Assembly (NCBI GenBank): GCA_027491295.1
Contig: JAIXWK010000002.1
Location: 58,032 to 122,031, forward strand
Source: Microbacteriaceae bacterium
Lineage (GTDB): Bacteria > Actinomycetota > Actinomycetes > Actinomycetales > Microbacteriaceae
Reading direction: 5' to 3'
DNA: 64,000 bases
Shown here: positions 9,973 through 18,730 of the stretch, piece after piece
How positions within the stretch are numbered: the stretch's first letter is position 1
Layout of the letters: each line of letters begins with the position of its first letter
Program-made: the position numbers and the translations under genes
The notes under the pieces: model-generated
Told to the model about the DNA's origin: nothing
Database searches by the model: none
What the model saw: only the letters and a program-made list of their open reading frames with translations

Positions 9973-10212
9973 TTAGTTCGTTTCGATGATTGCGACCACG
10001 GTGCGGACCTCTACGGCCTCGCCCTCAGGAACCAGAATCTCCACCAGGGTTCCGGTTGCCGGAGATTCCAAAACCTCTTCGACCTTCTCCGCTTCGACCT
10101 CTGCCAGCGGCTCATCCTCAACTACGGAGTCACCAACTTTCTTCAGCCACTGGATGATCGATCCCTCGCTCATTCCCATGCCCCACTGTGGGAGCAGAAC
10201 TTCAACTCTCAT
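9973..10212 (-). CDS. Stand-alone lipoyl (biotin/lipoyl attachment) domain
   Basis: 79 aa: LPQWGMGMSEG, W.KKVGD.V, EVEAEKV (lipoyl Lys) and ESPATG. Confidence 0.9.
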   Translation of the reverse strand: MRVEVLLPQWGMGMSEGSIIQWLKKVGDSVVEDEPLAEVEAEKVEEVLESPATGTLVEILVPEGEAVEVRTVVAIIETN

Positions 10213-10229
10213 TTACTAGCTCCTTCTGA

Positions 10230-11231
10230 TTAGCGCAGTCCCGCTACCTTGCGGATGGCGTCTGCGATGGTTATTCGGTTTGGGTACATTTGCTTCTCCA
10301 GCGCTGGGCTGAATGGAATCTGCATGTCAGGTGCCGTCACGCGGATGATTGGCGCCTTCAGTGCGTCAAAGATCTCCTCTGACACGATTGCGCTGATCTC
10401 GCCAGCTGCACCACAGGTGCGGTGTGCCGGTTCTGCCACGACAAGACGGCCGGTCTTGGAAACCGACTCTAGAATCGCCCTGGTGTCCATTGGAACAAGG
10501 GTTCGAGGGTCGATAACCTCAACCGATACTCCCTCTGCAGCCATCGCATCGGCTGCTGCCACTGCCTCTGGTACCGATGAGGAGATTGCAACCACGGTGA
10601 CATCTGTGCCCTCTCGAGCGATGCGAGCCTTGCCAAACGGAATTCGATATTCTTCGTCGCTAACCTCTTCTTTGCTGCCCCAAAGCAAGCAAGCTTCAAA
10701 GGTCAAGACCGGGTCATCAGAATCAATTGCGTAGCGCAGCAACCCCTTGGCATCCGATGGCGAAGATGGTGCGATGATCTTCAGTCCCGGAACGTTCATA
10801 AACATTGGGTATGGACGATCTGAGTGGTGCGCCCCGGTGTTTAGCCCGTAGAACATTGCAGAGCGGAAAACAACCGGCATTGATGCCTGGCCTCCAAACA
10901 TGTAGCGGTTCTTTGCCACCTGGTTCACGAACTGATCCATGGCCATGTAGAGGAAGCTCGAGTAGGAAAGATCAACGATTGGACGCAATCCGGTCATTGC
11001 CGCGCCGGCGGCAAACCCAACGATGGCCTCCTCGGAGATTGGAGTGTTTCGGATTCGATCGCGGCCGTACATCTGAAGAAAATCACCTTTGTCGGCGCGG
11101 CTCTTGCCACCTCCGGTGGTGCCGTAAACATTTGCCTCAACGTCCTCACCGATGATGATGACTCGCTCGTCGGCGTCCATCGCCTCGCGCTGGGCTGCAC
11201 CGATAGCGCCCAAGTAACTCATCAAGCTCAT
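10230..11231 (-). CDS. ThDP-dependent dehydrogenase E1 beta subunit (AcoB/PdhB-like)
   Basis: Motifs IGEDV, NTPISE, HHS..P, EVIDPRTL.P and IRVTAPD. Confidence 0.9.
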   Translation of the reverse strand: MSLMSYLGAIGAAQREAMDADERVIIIGEDVEANVYGTTGGGKSRADKGDFLQMYGRDRIRNTPISEEAIVGFAAGAAMTGLRPIVDLSYSSFLYMAMDQFVNQVAKNRYMFGGQASMPVVFRSAMFYGLNTGAHHSDRPYPMFMNVPGLKIIAPSSPSDAKGLLRYAIDSDDPVLTFEACLLWGSKEEVSDEEYRIPFGKARIAREGTDVTVVAISSSVPEAVAAADAMAAEGVSVEVIDPRTLVPMDTRAILESVSKTGRLVVAEPAHRTCGAAGEISAIVSEEIFDALKAPIIRVTAPDMQIPFSPALEKQMYPNRITIADAIRKVAGLR

Positions 11232-12217
11232 GCGAACTGCTCCTCTTTGTCGGTGTAGAGATCTGCAAATGCGGTCTCTGGCTCTGGGTATGGGCTCTCG
11301 TCGGTGAAACGAACTGCCTCGTCCACCTCGGCTAGCACCTCTGCTTCAAGGGCATCAAGTTCTTCAGCCGTAAAGTGACCCTCGGCAATTAGGTGGTTTC
11401 GGAACAGCACAATCGGGTCACGCTTGAGCCACTGCTCACGTTCTTCTGGGTCTCGATAGTCGGTGCCGATTCTGAGGCCCTCGGAGTGCTCATTGAAGCG
11501 ATAGGTAACCACTTCAATTAGAGATGGTCCCTCGCCTGCCCTGGCTCGAGCTGCAGCCTCAGATACCGCATTGAAAACTTCCAACACGTCCTGACCGTTC
11601 TCGACCCTGACTCCAAAGATGCCAAAGCCAGCGGCACGATCCGCGATTACACCTGAGGTGACGGTGTGGGCCGGGGTGCTCAAGGCGTACTGGTTGTTCT
11701 CGCACAAGAAAATAACCGGGAGCTTCCATACGCCAGCCATGTTGATGGACTCGTAGAGCACACCTTGGTTGGCCGCACCATCACCGAAGAAGGCCAGTGA
11801 AACGTGACTCTTTTTCAATACTGATGCCGATAGCGCTGCACCGGCTGCAATCGGAATTGACGAACCGACAATTCCAGATTCACCCAGGCTGCCGACACTG
11901 AAATCCGCTAGGTGAAGCGATCCACCCTTGCCCTTGCAAACGCCAGTTGCCTTACCTACAAGCTCTGCCATCAGTGGACCCAGTGGGGAACCCTTACCAA
12001 TCGGGTGTCCGTGGCTGCGGTGGTTACCGGTCATGTAATCCTCATCGCGAAGCGCCATGGTTGCGCCTACCACCTGGGCCTCTTGGCCAATGCTGGTGTG
12101 AACGGTTCCGGGGATGTGACCGCGCTTAACCATCTTTGAGGCGCGCTCGTCGAAGTAGCGGATGCGCAGCATTCGACGCTGCATTTCCAGCATCTGATCC
12201 TTAGTTGGTGCTGCCAT
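11228..12217 (-). CDS. ThDP-dependent dehydrogenase E1 alpha subunit (AcoA/PdhA-like)
   Basis: Motifs HTSIGQEA, NHRSHGH, GGSLH, the ThDP motif GDGAANQG...ENNQY, and HSEG. Start placed at ATG 12217, after GAAAGG. Confidence 0.9.
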   Translation of the reverse strand: MAAPTKDQMLEMQRRMLRIRYFDERASKMVKRGHIPGTVHTSIGQEAQVVGATMALRDEDYMTGNHRSHGHPIGKGSPLGPLMAELVGKATGVCKGKGGSLHLADFSVGSLGESGIVGSSIPIAAGAALSASVLKKSHVSLAFFGDGAANQGVLYESINMAGVWKLPVIFLCENNQYALSTPAHTVTSGVIADRAAGFGIFGVRVENGQDVLEVFNAVSEAAARARAGEGPSLIEVVTYRFNEHSEGLRIGTDYRDPEEREQWLKRDPIVLFRNHLIAEGHFTAEELDALEAEVLAEVDEAVRFTDESPYPEPETAFADLYTDKEEQFA

Positions 12218-12294
12218 TGAACTGCCTTTCGCTTCCTGCTTAATCATAATTATTCACTTCTTGTTTTATTATTCTACACATCCGCAAATTTTTT

Positions 12295-13140
12295 TCAACA
12301 ATTTCCCACCGAGGTGTTTTGGATGGGCAAAAGTTCGTCAATTCTCCTCAGGACAAATGTGGGTGTGATGCCGGTTTTGACCGGGTCATAGACCAATCCT
12401 TGGCTCTCTCCGGTGAGCACCAGGGCGGAGTGAATTCCAGCATTTACCGCCATCTTTATATCCGTGGTTGGTCGGTCGCCGACCATGATGGTTCGCTCAG
12501 GGGAGGCAGCAAGTCTTTGCATTGCGACATCGATCATGATCTGATCTGGCTTACCCATGTTGAAACTGCACTTCACTCCCGTGGTCGCCTCGATGGCCGC
12601 GACCACTCCAGCGGCATCCGGCTCGCCGTTGCCATTCGGAAACGGGCAGTATCGATCTGGGTTAGTGGTAATCAACTCGCCCCTACCGTGCTTCCAGAGC
12701 GTATCGAAAGCAATCTGCAGCTTCCGGTAGTGAAAGTCATGGTCATAACTTGCAATCACGATGTCGATCTCAGCCGGATTGTCACTGATCTCGATACCTG
12801 CCTCTTCTAGGGCGGCAATAAGTGGTGGGTCTGAGATTGGAAACACTTTGGCTCCGGGGCGATTGGCCTGAAGCCATCCCACGGTCGAAATGATTGTGTT
12901 GAGGATCTCATCGAGCTCAACTTCGATTCCAAGTCTTCGCAACTTGTCCACATACATCTGCGGGCTCTTGGTTGGGTTATTGCTCAAGAACACTCGCTGG
13001 CTTCCGCGGGCCCGAAGCGAATCAAGTAGCTCGCGAGCTCCGGGCAATAGCTCTTCGCCGAGGTAAATGGTTCCGTCTAGATCAAACAGGTAGGCGTCAT
13101 AAAAGTCTTCGGGTCTATCTCCAACTTTATCCACGCTCAT
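12295..13140 (-). CDS. HAD-IIA (NagD/AraL-like) sugar-phosphate phosphatase
   Basis: Motifs FDLDGT, SNNP, TNPD, GKP and VGDRPTTDI. Confidence 0.9.
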   Translation of the reverse strand: MSVDKVGDRPEDFYDAYLFDLDGTIYLGEELLPGARELLDSLRARGSQRVFLSNNPTKSPQMYVDKLRRLGIEVELDEILNTIISTVGWLQANRPGAKVFPISDPPLIAALEEAGIEISDNPAEIDIVIASYDHDFHYRKLQIAFDTLWKHGRGELITTNPDRYCPFPNGNGEPDAAGVVAAIEATTGVKCSFNMGKPDQIMIDVAMQRLAASPERTIMVGDRPTTDIKMAVNAGIHSALVLTGESQGLVYDPVKTGITPTFVLRRIDELLPIQNTSVGNC

Positions 13141-13142
13141 TT

Positions 13143-14639
13143 CTACAGCTCCTGAATTGCAGAGAAGGTTGATTTCAACGCCGGGTATAGCGACTTGTAA
13201 ACCTCGAAGTAGCGGTCGTAGCGGGCAGCATTGTCTGGGTTGGGTAGAAACTCTTGACTAAAGCCGGACATTTTTGCAGAGGCGTCTGGGATCGATTCAT
13301 ACACGCCAAGTGCTGCGAAGCCGAGCATTGCAGCGCCTAGCGCAGTGGCCTCTTGGGACCGAGCGATTGCTATCGGAATGCGCAGATTATCAGCGAGAAT
13401 CTGACACCAGAGCGCGCTCTTAGAGCCACCACCCATTGTGATGAAGCGCTCAACCGGTTGACGAATGGTGGCACTCGCAGTTTCGATGCAGAGCCGCAAT
13501 TCAAAAGCGATACCCTCCAAGATTGAGCGATACAGGTGCTCATTTCCATGGATTCCCGAGAAGCCAACTATCGAACCGCGGGCATTTTGGTCCCAGTAGG
13601 GAGTTAGCGCACCATTCCAGTAGGGCAGGGTAAACAACCCCTCACTACCAATTGGGACCTCAAGTGCCTTGGACTCCCAGTATTGTTCCGGGGCCAATCC
13701 CATGCTGTTCTCGGGCTGGCTTATGTGAGTCTTGAACCAATTCACCATGTAGGTGCCGGCACCGACAAAAAACTCGTAGTTGTAACTGCCAGGAACGGTC
13801 CCGGACATCGCCCGATAGGCAAAGCTTGGCTTGTAGTCATCCGAGTAGATTCCGGCAATCAAACCGGTGCCGAGGTTGAGATAACCGGTTCCCGGGGCTG
13901 CAACTCCTGCACCCAAACCAGCGCACTGGCCATCGCCGCCGCCTGAAATCAAAGGTAGTTCTAGCGGTAAACCGAGCGCCTTGCTCACCTCTGGCAGAAG
14001 GGTCGCAATCACAGTTCCGGGCACACAAAGCTCCGGGAAGACATCATCTGACAGCTGCAGGGTCCTGAGGATCTCCGGACTGTAGTCCATGGATTCGAGG
14101 TCGACTACTCCCAGTGGATCAGCACTTGCGGTCGAGGTGGCGAACATTCCAGTTAGCTGAAGCGACAGGTAGGCGTGCACATCTGCCACTCGGCTGATCT
14201 TCGCAAACACCGCTGGCTCGTTGTCCCTGATCCAAAGCAACTTATAAAACGCAGGGGTGGGGTTGGCTGGCTTGCCGGTGAGGGTGTGAATTCGGCTGGT
14301 TCCAAAACGCTTGACCTGATCGTGGGCCCTGGTGTCAAGCCAAAGCATGGCAGGTCGCAGTGGCTCATCATTCTCATCTAGGCAGGCGAAGCTTTCACGC
14401 TGGTGGGTGAGCACCAGGGCCTTTATCTTGGTTGCATCGACGCCTTTGACCGCAGCCGCAATAGCTGCACTTGTGGCAGTCCACCAGGCCTTAGGGTCTT
14501 GCTCTCCCCAGCCCTCATTGGGAATGCTGAGTGGTATTTCCTGTCGGCCTTCGCTCAGCTGACGGCCGCTCACATCCCAGACAATTGCCTTGGCAGCAGT
14601 GGTTGAGCAGTCAACCGAGATGACTAGCTGTTCGCTCAT
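13143..14639 (-). CDS. FGGY pentulose/xylulokinase-like carbohydrate kinase
   Basis: Motifs VDCSTTAAK, HQRES, GGDGQCAGLG, LGTG and GGGSKS. Confidence 0.85.
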   Translation of the reverse strand: MSEQLVISVDCSTTAAKAIVWDVSGRQLSEGRQEIPLSIPNEGWGEQDPKAWWTATSAAIAAAVKGVDATKIKALVLTHQRESFACLDENDEPLRPAMLWLDTRAHDQVKRFGTSRIHTLTGKPANPTPAFYKLLWIRDNEPAVFAKISRVADVHAYLSLQLTGMFATSTASADPLGVVDLESMDYSPEILRTLQLSDDVFPELCVPGTVIATLLPEVSKALGLPLELPLISGGGDGQCAGLGAGVAAPGTGYLNLGTGLIAGIYSDDYKPSFAYRAMSGTVPGSYNYEFFVGAGTYMVNWFKTHISQPENSMGLAPEQYWESKALEVPIGSEGLFTLPYWNGALTPYWDQNARGSIVGFSGIHGNEHLYRSILEGIAFELRLCIETASATIRQPVERFITMGGGSKSALWCQILADNLRIPIAIARSQEATALGAAMLGFAALGVYESIPDASAKMSGFSQEFLPNPDNAARYDRYFEVYKSLYPALKSTFSAIQEL

Positions 14640-16078
14640 GCAGTCACCTGGGCTATCGCCAAATCAGTGAGCTCCAAGACTCTTTCCCAGTCGGATTTTT
14701 CCCATCTGCCACAAAGCGCAAGCAGGTCCACCGCGGTAAATCGATTGCGCATCAGGTGGCAGTTTGCGACCGACCACTGCCAAATCTCTTCGGTCACCCA
14801 CGGCTCAAGATCTGCATAGGTCATCGGAGCACCGGATACCAGCAGCCCCTGCGCCAAAGCCTCTGGTATTGGTGCGATTGCCGCAAGCTTGCTCGGATCA
14901 ATCTGCCAGGCCTTTAGTTGGGCAACGATGCTTGGCTGCAGGGCCTGGACCTTCTCCAGCTTCTTGGTCACATCAGAAATACATTCGCTGGTGAGCGATC
15001 CAGATTTATCGATGCCGGCAAACGCCGTGGTTACCTTTTGAGCAAATAAGTCGATGTCGACTGCCTGAAGTTCTAGCTCGGGAAGAATCTCCAATAGGTA
15101 GCGCCAGGCCATTGCGGATACCAGCGATGCCACACCAACCTGAGCGCCGTGAAGTCCGACCTGTTTCGCAGATGCAACCGCTCTCATATCTAATAGATGG
15201 CTGATTAGGTGCTCGGTGCCAGACAGGCAAGCGGTCGTTCCCGCAATACCGGTTCCAATGCCGCGGATAGCTAGGACTTTTGTCAACTGCTCAACTGCAC
15301 CCAGGTTCCCAATGGCCAGACCATTGCCCCACTCAGCTGGGTCGCCCGCAAATGCCAACAGCAAATCGCGAGGGGTCTCGTGAAAACTTGAATCAAGGCC
15401 CAATCGGCTGGCGAGCTCCCAGTCAGCCGGTGCCGTGTATAGCGACAGCGCCTCACCAAAGCCGGCAAGGTTTAGCTCCAGAGGAGCGCTCTGAATTACC
15501 TCGAGATCGGCAAGAACCACCTCTGGCCAGTTGGAGGCAATGGTCCGCTTCACACCATTTTTTAAGACCACCGAAACGTTGTCGGTGTAGCCATCCACCG
15601 AGGCCGCGGTCTGAATAGAAATCAACTGCGTGCCGGGATTCCTATTGCAAGCAACCTTGGCAATGTCACTAATGGTTCCGCCACCTAAGCCAACCACAAG
15701 GTCATGTCCCGGCACCGCTGCGCTGGCTAGGTCCAAAGTCTTGTCGTCAACTTTTACCACTCCGTCTGCGGTGAGGGTAAGCCAAGTCACTTTGAAGTAT
15801 TTGGAAAGGGTCTCATGCACGTAAGCCTTGAAGTCACGCTGCCCTTTGAAGATTGTCACGTCGTCGGTAATGAAAAGAACCTTCGCTCCAACCGGCTCAA
15901 TCATTTGCTCACGCAGGATTTCGGCGGCTGCGAATACCAATAACTCGGAGGCGTTCCATGAGATCTCTAGCTGCTTGATGCCAAGGGGAACCAGTCGCTC
16001 CGGCTGTGGCGCGGAGGCAATAACGGACTTGATGCGTGACAAGTCAGTTGGATCACTCACATTGGAAAAGCTAGACAT
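14636..16078 (-). CDS. Glycerol-1-phosphate dehydrogenase-like (AraM/EgsA; DHQS/Fe-ADH superfamily) NAD(P)-dependent oxidoreductase
   Basis: Motifs GLGGGTISDIAK, TAASVDGYT, SGTEHLISH and LHGAQVG. Start placed at ATG 16078. Confidence 0.8.
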   Translation of the reverse strand: MSSFSNVSDPTDLSRIKSVIASAPQPERLVPLGIKQLEISWNASELLVFAAAEILREQMIEPVGAKVLFITDDVTIFKGQRDFKAYVHETLSKYFKVTWLTLTADGVVKVDDKTLDLASAAVPGHDLVVGLGGGTISDIAKVACNRNPGTQLISIQTAASVDGYTDNVSVVLKNGVKRTIASNWPEVVLADLEVIQSAPLELNLAGFGEALSLYTAPADWELASRLGLDSSFHETPRDLLLAFAGDPAEWGNGLAIGNLGAVEQLTKVLAIRGIGTGIAGTTACLSGTEHLISHLLDMRAVASAKQVGLHGAQVGVASLVSAMAWRYLLEILPELELQAVDIDLFAQKVTTAFAGIDKSGSLTSECISDVTKKLEKVQALQPSIVAQLKAWQIDPSKLAAIAPIPEALAQGLLVSGAPMTYADLEPWVTEEIWQWSVANCHLMRNRFTAVDLLALCGRWEKSDWERVLELTDLAIAQVTA

Positions 16079-16105
16079 CAGCAACCTCACCTTCGAGAAC
16101 TAATC

Positions 16106-16139
16106 TGCATGTTTATTCATTACTAGAATAAACTATGCA
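16106..16139. promoter_or_regulatory. Palindromic candidate operator just downstream of a TTGACA-18-TACTCT promoter (minus strand, 16177-16148)
   Basis: TGCAT-GTTTATTC-N7-GAATAAAC-T-ATGCA in the divergent intergenic region. Confidence 0.55.
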
Positions 16140-16189
16140 TTGATACTAGAGTAAAAAGAAACAGGAAGCGTTGTCAAGGCGGTTTTGAA

Positions 16190-17734
16190 ATGTCAAAGTC
16201 AAAGGATTCAACCCTCTACGATGTGGCGATTATCGGCGGTGGGATTAACGGAGCGGTTTCCGCTGCCCGGCTTTCCGCGTCCGGCCTGAAGGTCCTGCTA
16301 CTGGAGCGAGGCGACTACGCCTCCACCACCTCCCAAGAGTCGAGCAATCTGGTGTGGGGTGGCATCAAGTACCTCCAGAGCTACGAATTTGGTTTGGTTT
16401 ACAAACTCTGCCGATCTCGCAACCAGCTCATGCGCTGCTACCCAAACCGCATTCGCGAAATTGGCTTTTTGGCATCGATCGGACCCACCTCACCATTTGG
16501 CAGAGTTCTTGGCCTGTTTGGCACCATGGCGTACTGGGTAATCGGCGGCTTTGCGACAAAAATGCCGAAGCTCTACCTAGCTAATCGCGCCACTGTTATT
16601 GAGCCGAGCTTCATTCCAGGCCGAGCAGCGCTTGAGTATTTTGACGCGGAGCTTCCGGACAACGACAGCAGATTTGTTTGGGACTTCATTTCTACCGCCA
16701 AGCGATTTGGCGCTCAGGTTTGCAACTACTCTGAGCTAGTTGAGGCCCAGTTCGATGGTGAGTGGAATCTGCTTGCCCAAGATGCCCACACCGCTGAAAA
16801 GATCGAATACCGAGCCAAGAGCGTAGTGAACGCGACTGGTCCTTTCGCAGCCGGCGTCTCAGAGCTTCTGGGAGTAACTCCTAAATCCAGGCTCGTGCTA
16901 TCCAAGGGCGTTCACCTAATTGTGCCCAAGATCCACAACTCTGATCGGGTCCTAGCTTTTTGGGACGAAGAGGGTCGAATGTTCTATGTGCTGCCAATGG
17001 GCGACCGGAGCATGATTGGCACAACTGACACCAGAGTCGATAGTGAGACCAAGGAAGTTACCCAAGAAGATCGTGATTTCCTTCTTCGTCAGATCAACAA
17101 AGAAATGAACCTAGAGCGGCCACTAGTCGAATCCGACATCATCTCGGAGCGTTGCGGAGTCAGACCATTGGTTGCCGGTAGCTCTAAGGGAGACACATCG
17201 GATTGGCACAAGCTATCCAGAAAGCACGTTATTGAAACCGCAATCGAGAAGCGGGTCGTAACGGTGTTCGGCGGGAAGCTAACCGACTGCCTCAATGTGG
17301 GCGACGAGGTGTTCGCCGCGGTGAAGAAGTTCCAGCTCGGTAAATTCGGCGTCGCTGAGAACTGGTACGGCGAAGAGTCCAAGGAGTCTCAGCAAAGCTT
17401 TGAGAAAGCGGCAAGGCCGGTGTTTGGAAGCGGGCCAGCTGCTGAGCTGATTGTTTCCGAGTTGTGGCGCCGTCATGGGAGCAGCGCCCTTGAGATTCTG
17501 GAGCTTGCCCGAACAAACGAAGAACTGCGTGAGCCGATCTTCGAAGGACTTGGTATCTGCGGTGCTGAGGTTAGGTATGTTTTGGAACATGAGCAGGTCA
17601 AGACAGCCGATGACCTACTAAGGCGCAGGTTGCCGATTGCGATGTGTCGCTCGGCTAGCGAAATTGCGCAAAACATCAAGCTGAACCAACTGCTACCATA
17701 TGCAGCATCGACGTCCCCGAAGGAATTGGCTTAA
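16190..17734 (+). CDS. glpD: FAD-dependent glycerol-3-phosphate dehydrogenase, copy 2
   Basis: Motifs GGGINGA, SSNLVWGGIKYL, KGVHL, IGTTD, CGVRPL and GGKLT. The stop overlaps the glpX start (TAATG). Confidence 0.85.
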   Translation: MSKSKDSTLYDVAIIGGGINGAVSAARLSASGLKVLLLERGDYASTTSQESSNLVWGGIKYLQSYEFGLVYKLCRSRNQLMRCYPNRIREIGFLASIGPTSPFGRVLGLFGTMAYWVIGGFATKMPKLYLANRATVIEPSFIPGRAALEYFDAELPDNDSRFVWDFISTAKRFGAQVCNYSELVEAQFDGEWNLLAQDAHTAEKIEYRAKSVVNATGPFAAGVSELLGVTPKSRLVLSKGVHLIVPKIHNSDRVLAFWDEEGRMFYVLPMGDRSMIGTTDTRVDSETKEVTQEDRDFLLRQINKEMNLERPLVESDIISERCGVRPLVAGSSKGDTSDWHKLSRKHVIETAIEKRVVTVFGGKLTDCLNVGDEVFAAVKKFQLGKFGVAENWYGEESKESQQSFEKAARPVFGSGPAAELIVSELWRRHGSSALEILELARTNEELREPIFEGLGICGAEVRYVLEHEQVKTADDLLRRRLPIAMCRSASEIAQNIKLNQLLPYAASTSPKELA

Positions 17735-18708
17735 TGGCTCCAGATAGAGAGCTAGTAGCAGATCGAAACTTGGCCATGGAGTTGGTGCGCGCCACCGAGG
17801 CCGCAGCAATCAGGGCATTTCCACTAATTGGCAAAGGTGACAAAAATGCCGCAGATGGTGCGGCTGTAGATGCCATGCGGGCATTTTTAGGAACCGTTGA
17901 TTTTGAGGGTCTGGTAGTAATCGGCGAGGGTGAAAAAGATAATGCCCCAATGCTTTTCAATGGGGAGATTGTTGGCACCGGGCACGGACCAAAAGTGGAC
18001 ATCGCGGTGGACCCAATTGATGGGACTTCCCTCACAGCCGCTGGTCGCATGAATGCCATCTCCGTAATCGCCGTCTCGGATCGCGGAACAATGCTCGATG
18101 CTTCGTCGGTTTACCGGATGCAGAAGTTTGTTACCGGCGAGCCAGGAGTTGGCGTTTGTGACATGTCAATGTCGATCAAGGACAACCTCACCGAGTACGC
18201 ACGCGCTGCAAAGAAAGATGTGACGGAGCTACTGGTTGCTGTGCTGGACCGGGATTACAACGAAGATGTCATTGACGAGGTGCGCTCAGCAGGGGCCGCG
18301 ACCAGGCTGTTGCGAGATGGAGACGTTGCTGGCGGCATCCAAGCTGCTCGGAGTGAATCGCGCATTGATATGTGCATTGGGAAAGGCGGCTCTCCCGAGG
18401 GAATTGTGACCGCGTGTGGCGTGCGTGCTCTGGGTGGTTTCATGCAGGGGAAGCTCGCCCCAAGGGATGAGTCAGAAATCCTTGCGGGCAATAAAGCTGG
18501 CCTCAAGTTTGACTACGTCTACCAGATGGATGAGCTAGTGAGCTCTGACAACACATTCTTTGTCGCAACCGGCGTCACCGATGGTCCACTGGTGTCAGGG
18601 GTTCGCAAAAAGGGAAACCTAATCCTCGCTGAGTCAATTGTGATCCGTGGCAAGACCGGAACTGTTCGAAAGATCTTTGCCGAGTATCAAGCAGCACGCT
18701 GGCTCTGA
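17734..18708 (+). CDS. glpX: Class II fructose-1,6-bisphosphatase
   Basis: Motifs ELVRATEAAA, VVIGEGEKDNAPML, VDPIDGT, DGDV, SPEG and ATGVTDG. Confidence 0.95.
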   Translation: MAPDRELVADRNLAMELVRATEAAAIRAFPLIGKGDKNAADGAAVDAMRAFLGTVDFEGLVVIGEGEKDNAPMLFNGEIVGTGHGPKVDIAVDPIDGTSLTAAGRMNAISVIAVSDRGTMLDASSVYRMQKFVTGEPGVGVCDMSMSIKDNLTEYARAAKKDVTELLVAVLDRDYNEDVIDEVRSAGAATRLLRDGDVAGGIQAARSESRIDMCIGKGGSPEGIVTACGVRALGGFMQGKLAPRDESEILAGNKAGLKFDYVYQMDELVSSDNTFFVATGVTDGPLVSGVRKKGNLILAESIVIRGKTGTVRKIFAEYQAARWL

Positions 18709-18730
18709 TTAGCTCACAAACTAGAAAGCA

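Noticed and set aside
8413-10212. Split E2 as a pseudogene or frameshift
   Set aside because: Both halves have their own starts, stops and intact key residues, and a full aldolase gene lies between them.
14636-16078. G1PDH-like gene as evidence for archaeal-type ether lipids
   Set aside because: No GGGP synthase or other lipid genes are present, and the context is catabolic (AraM-like).
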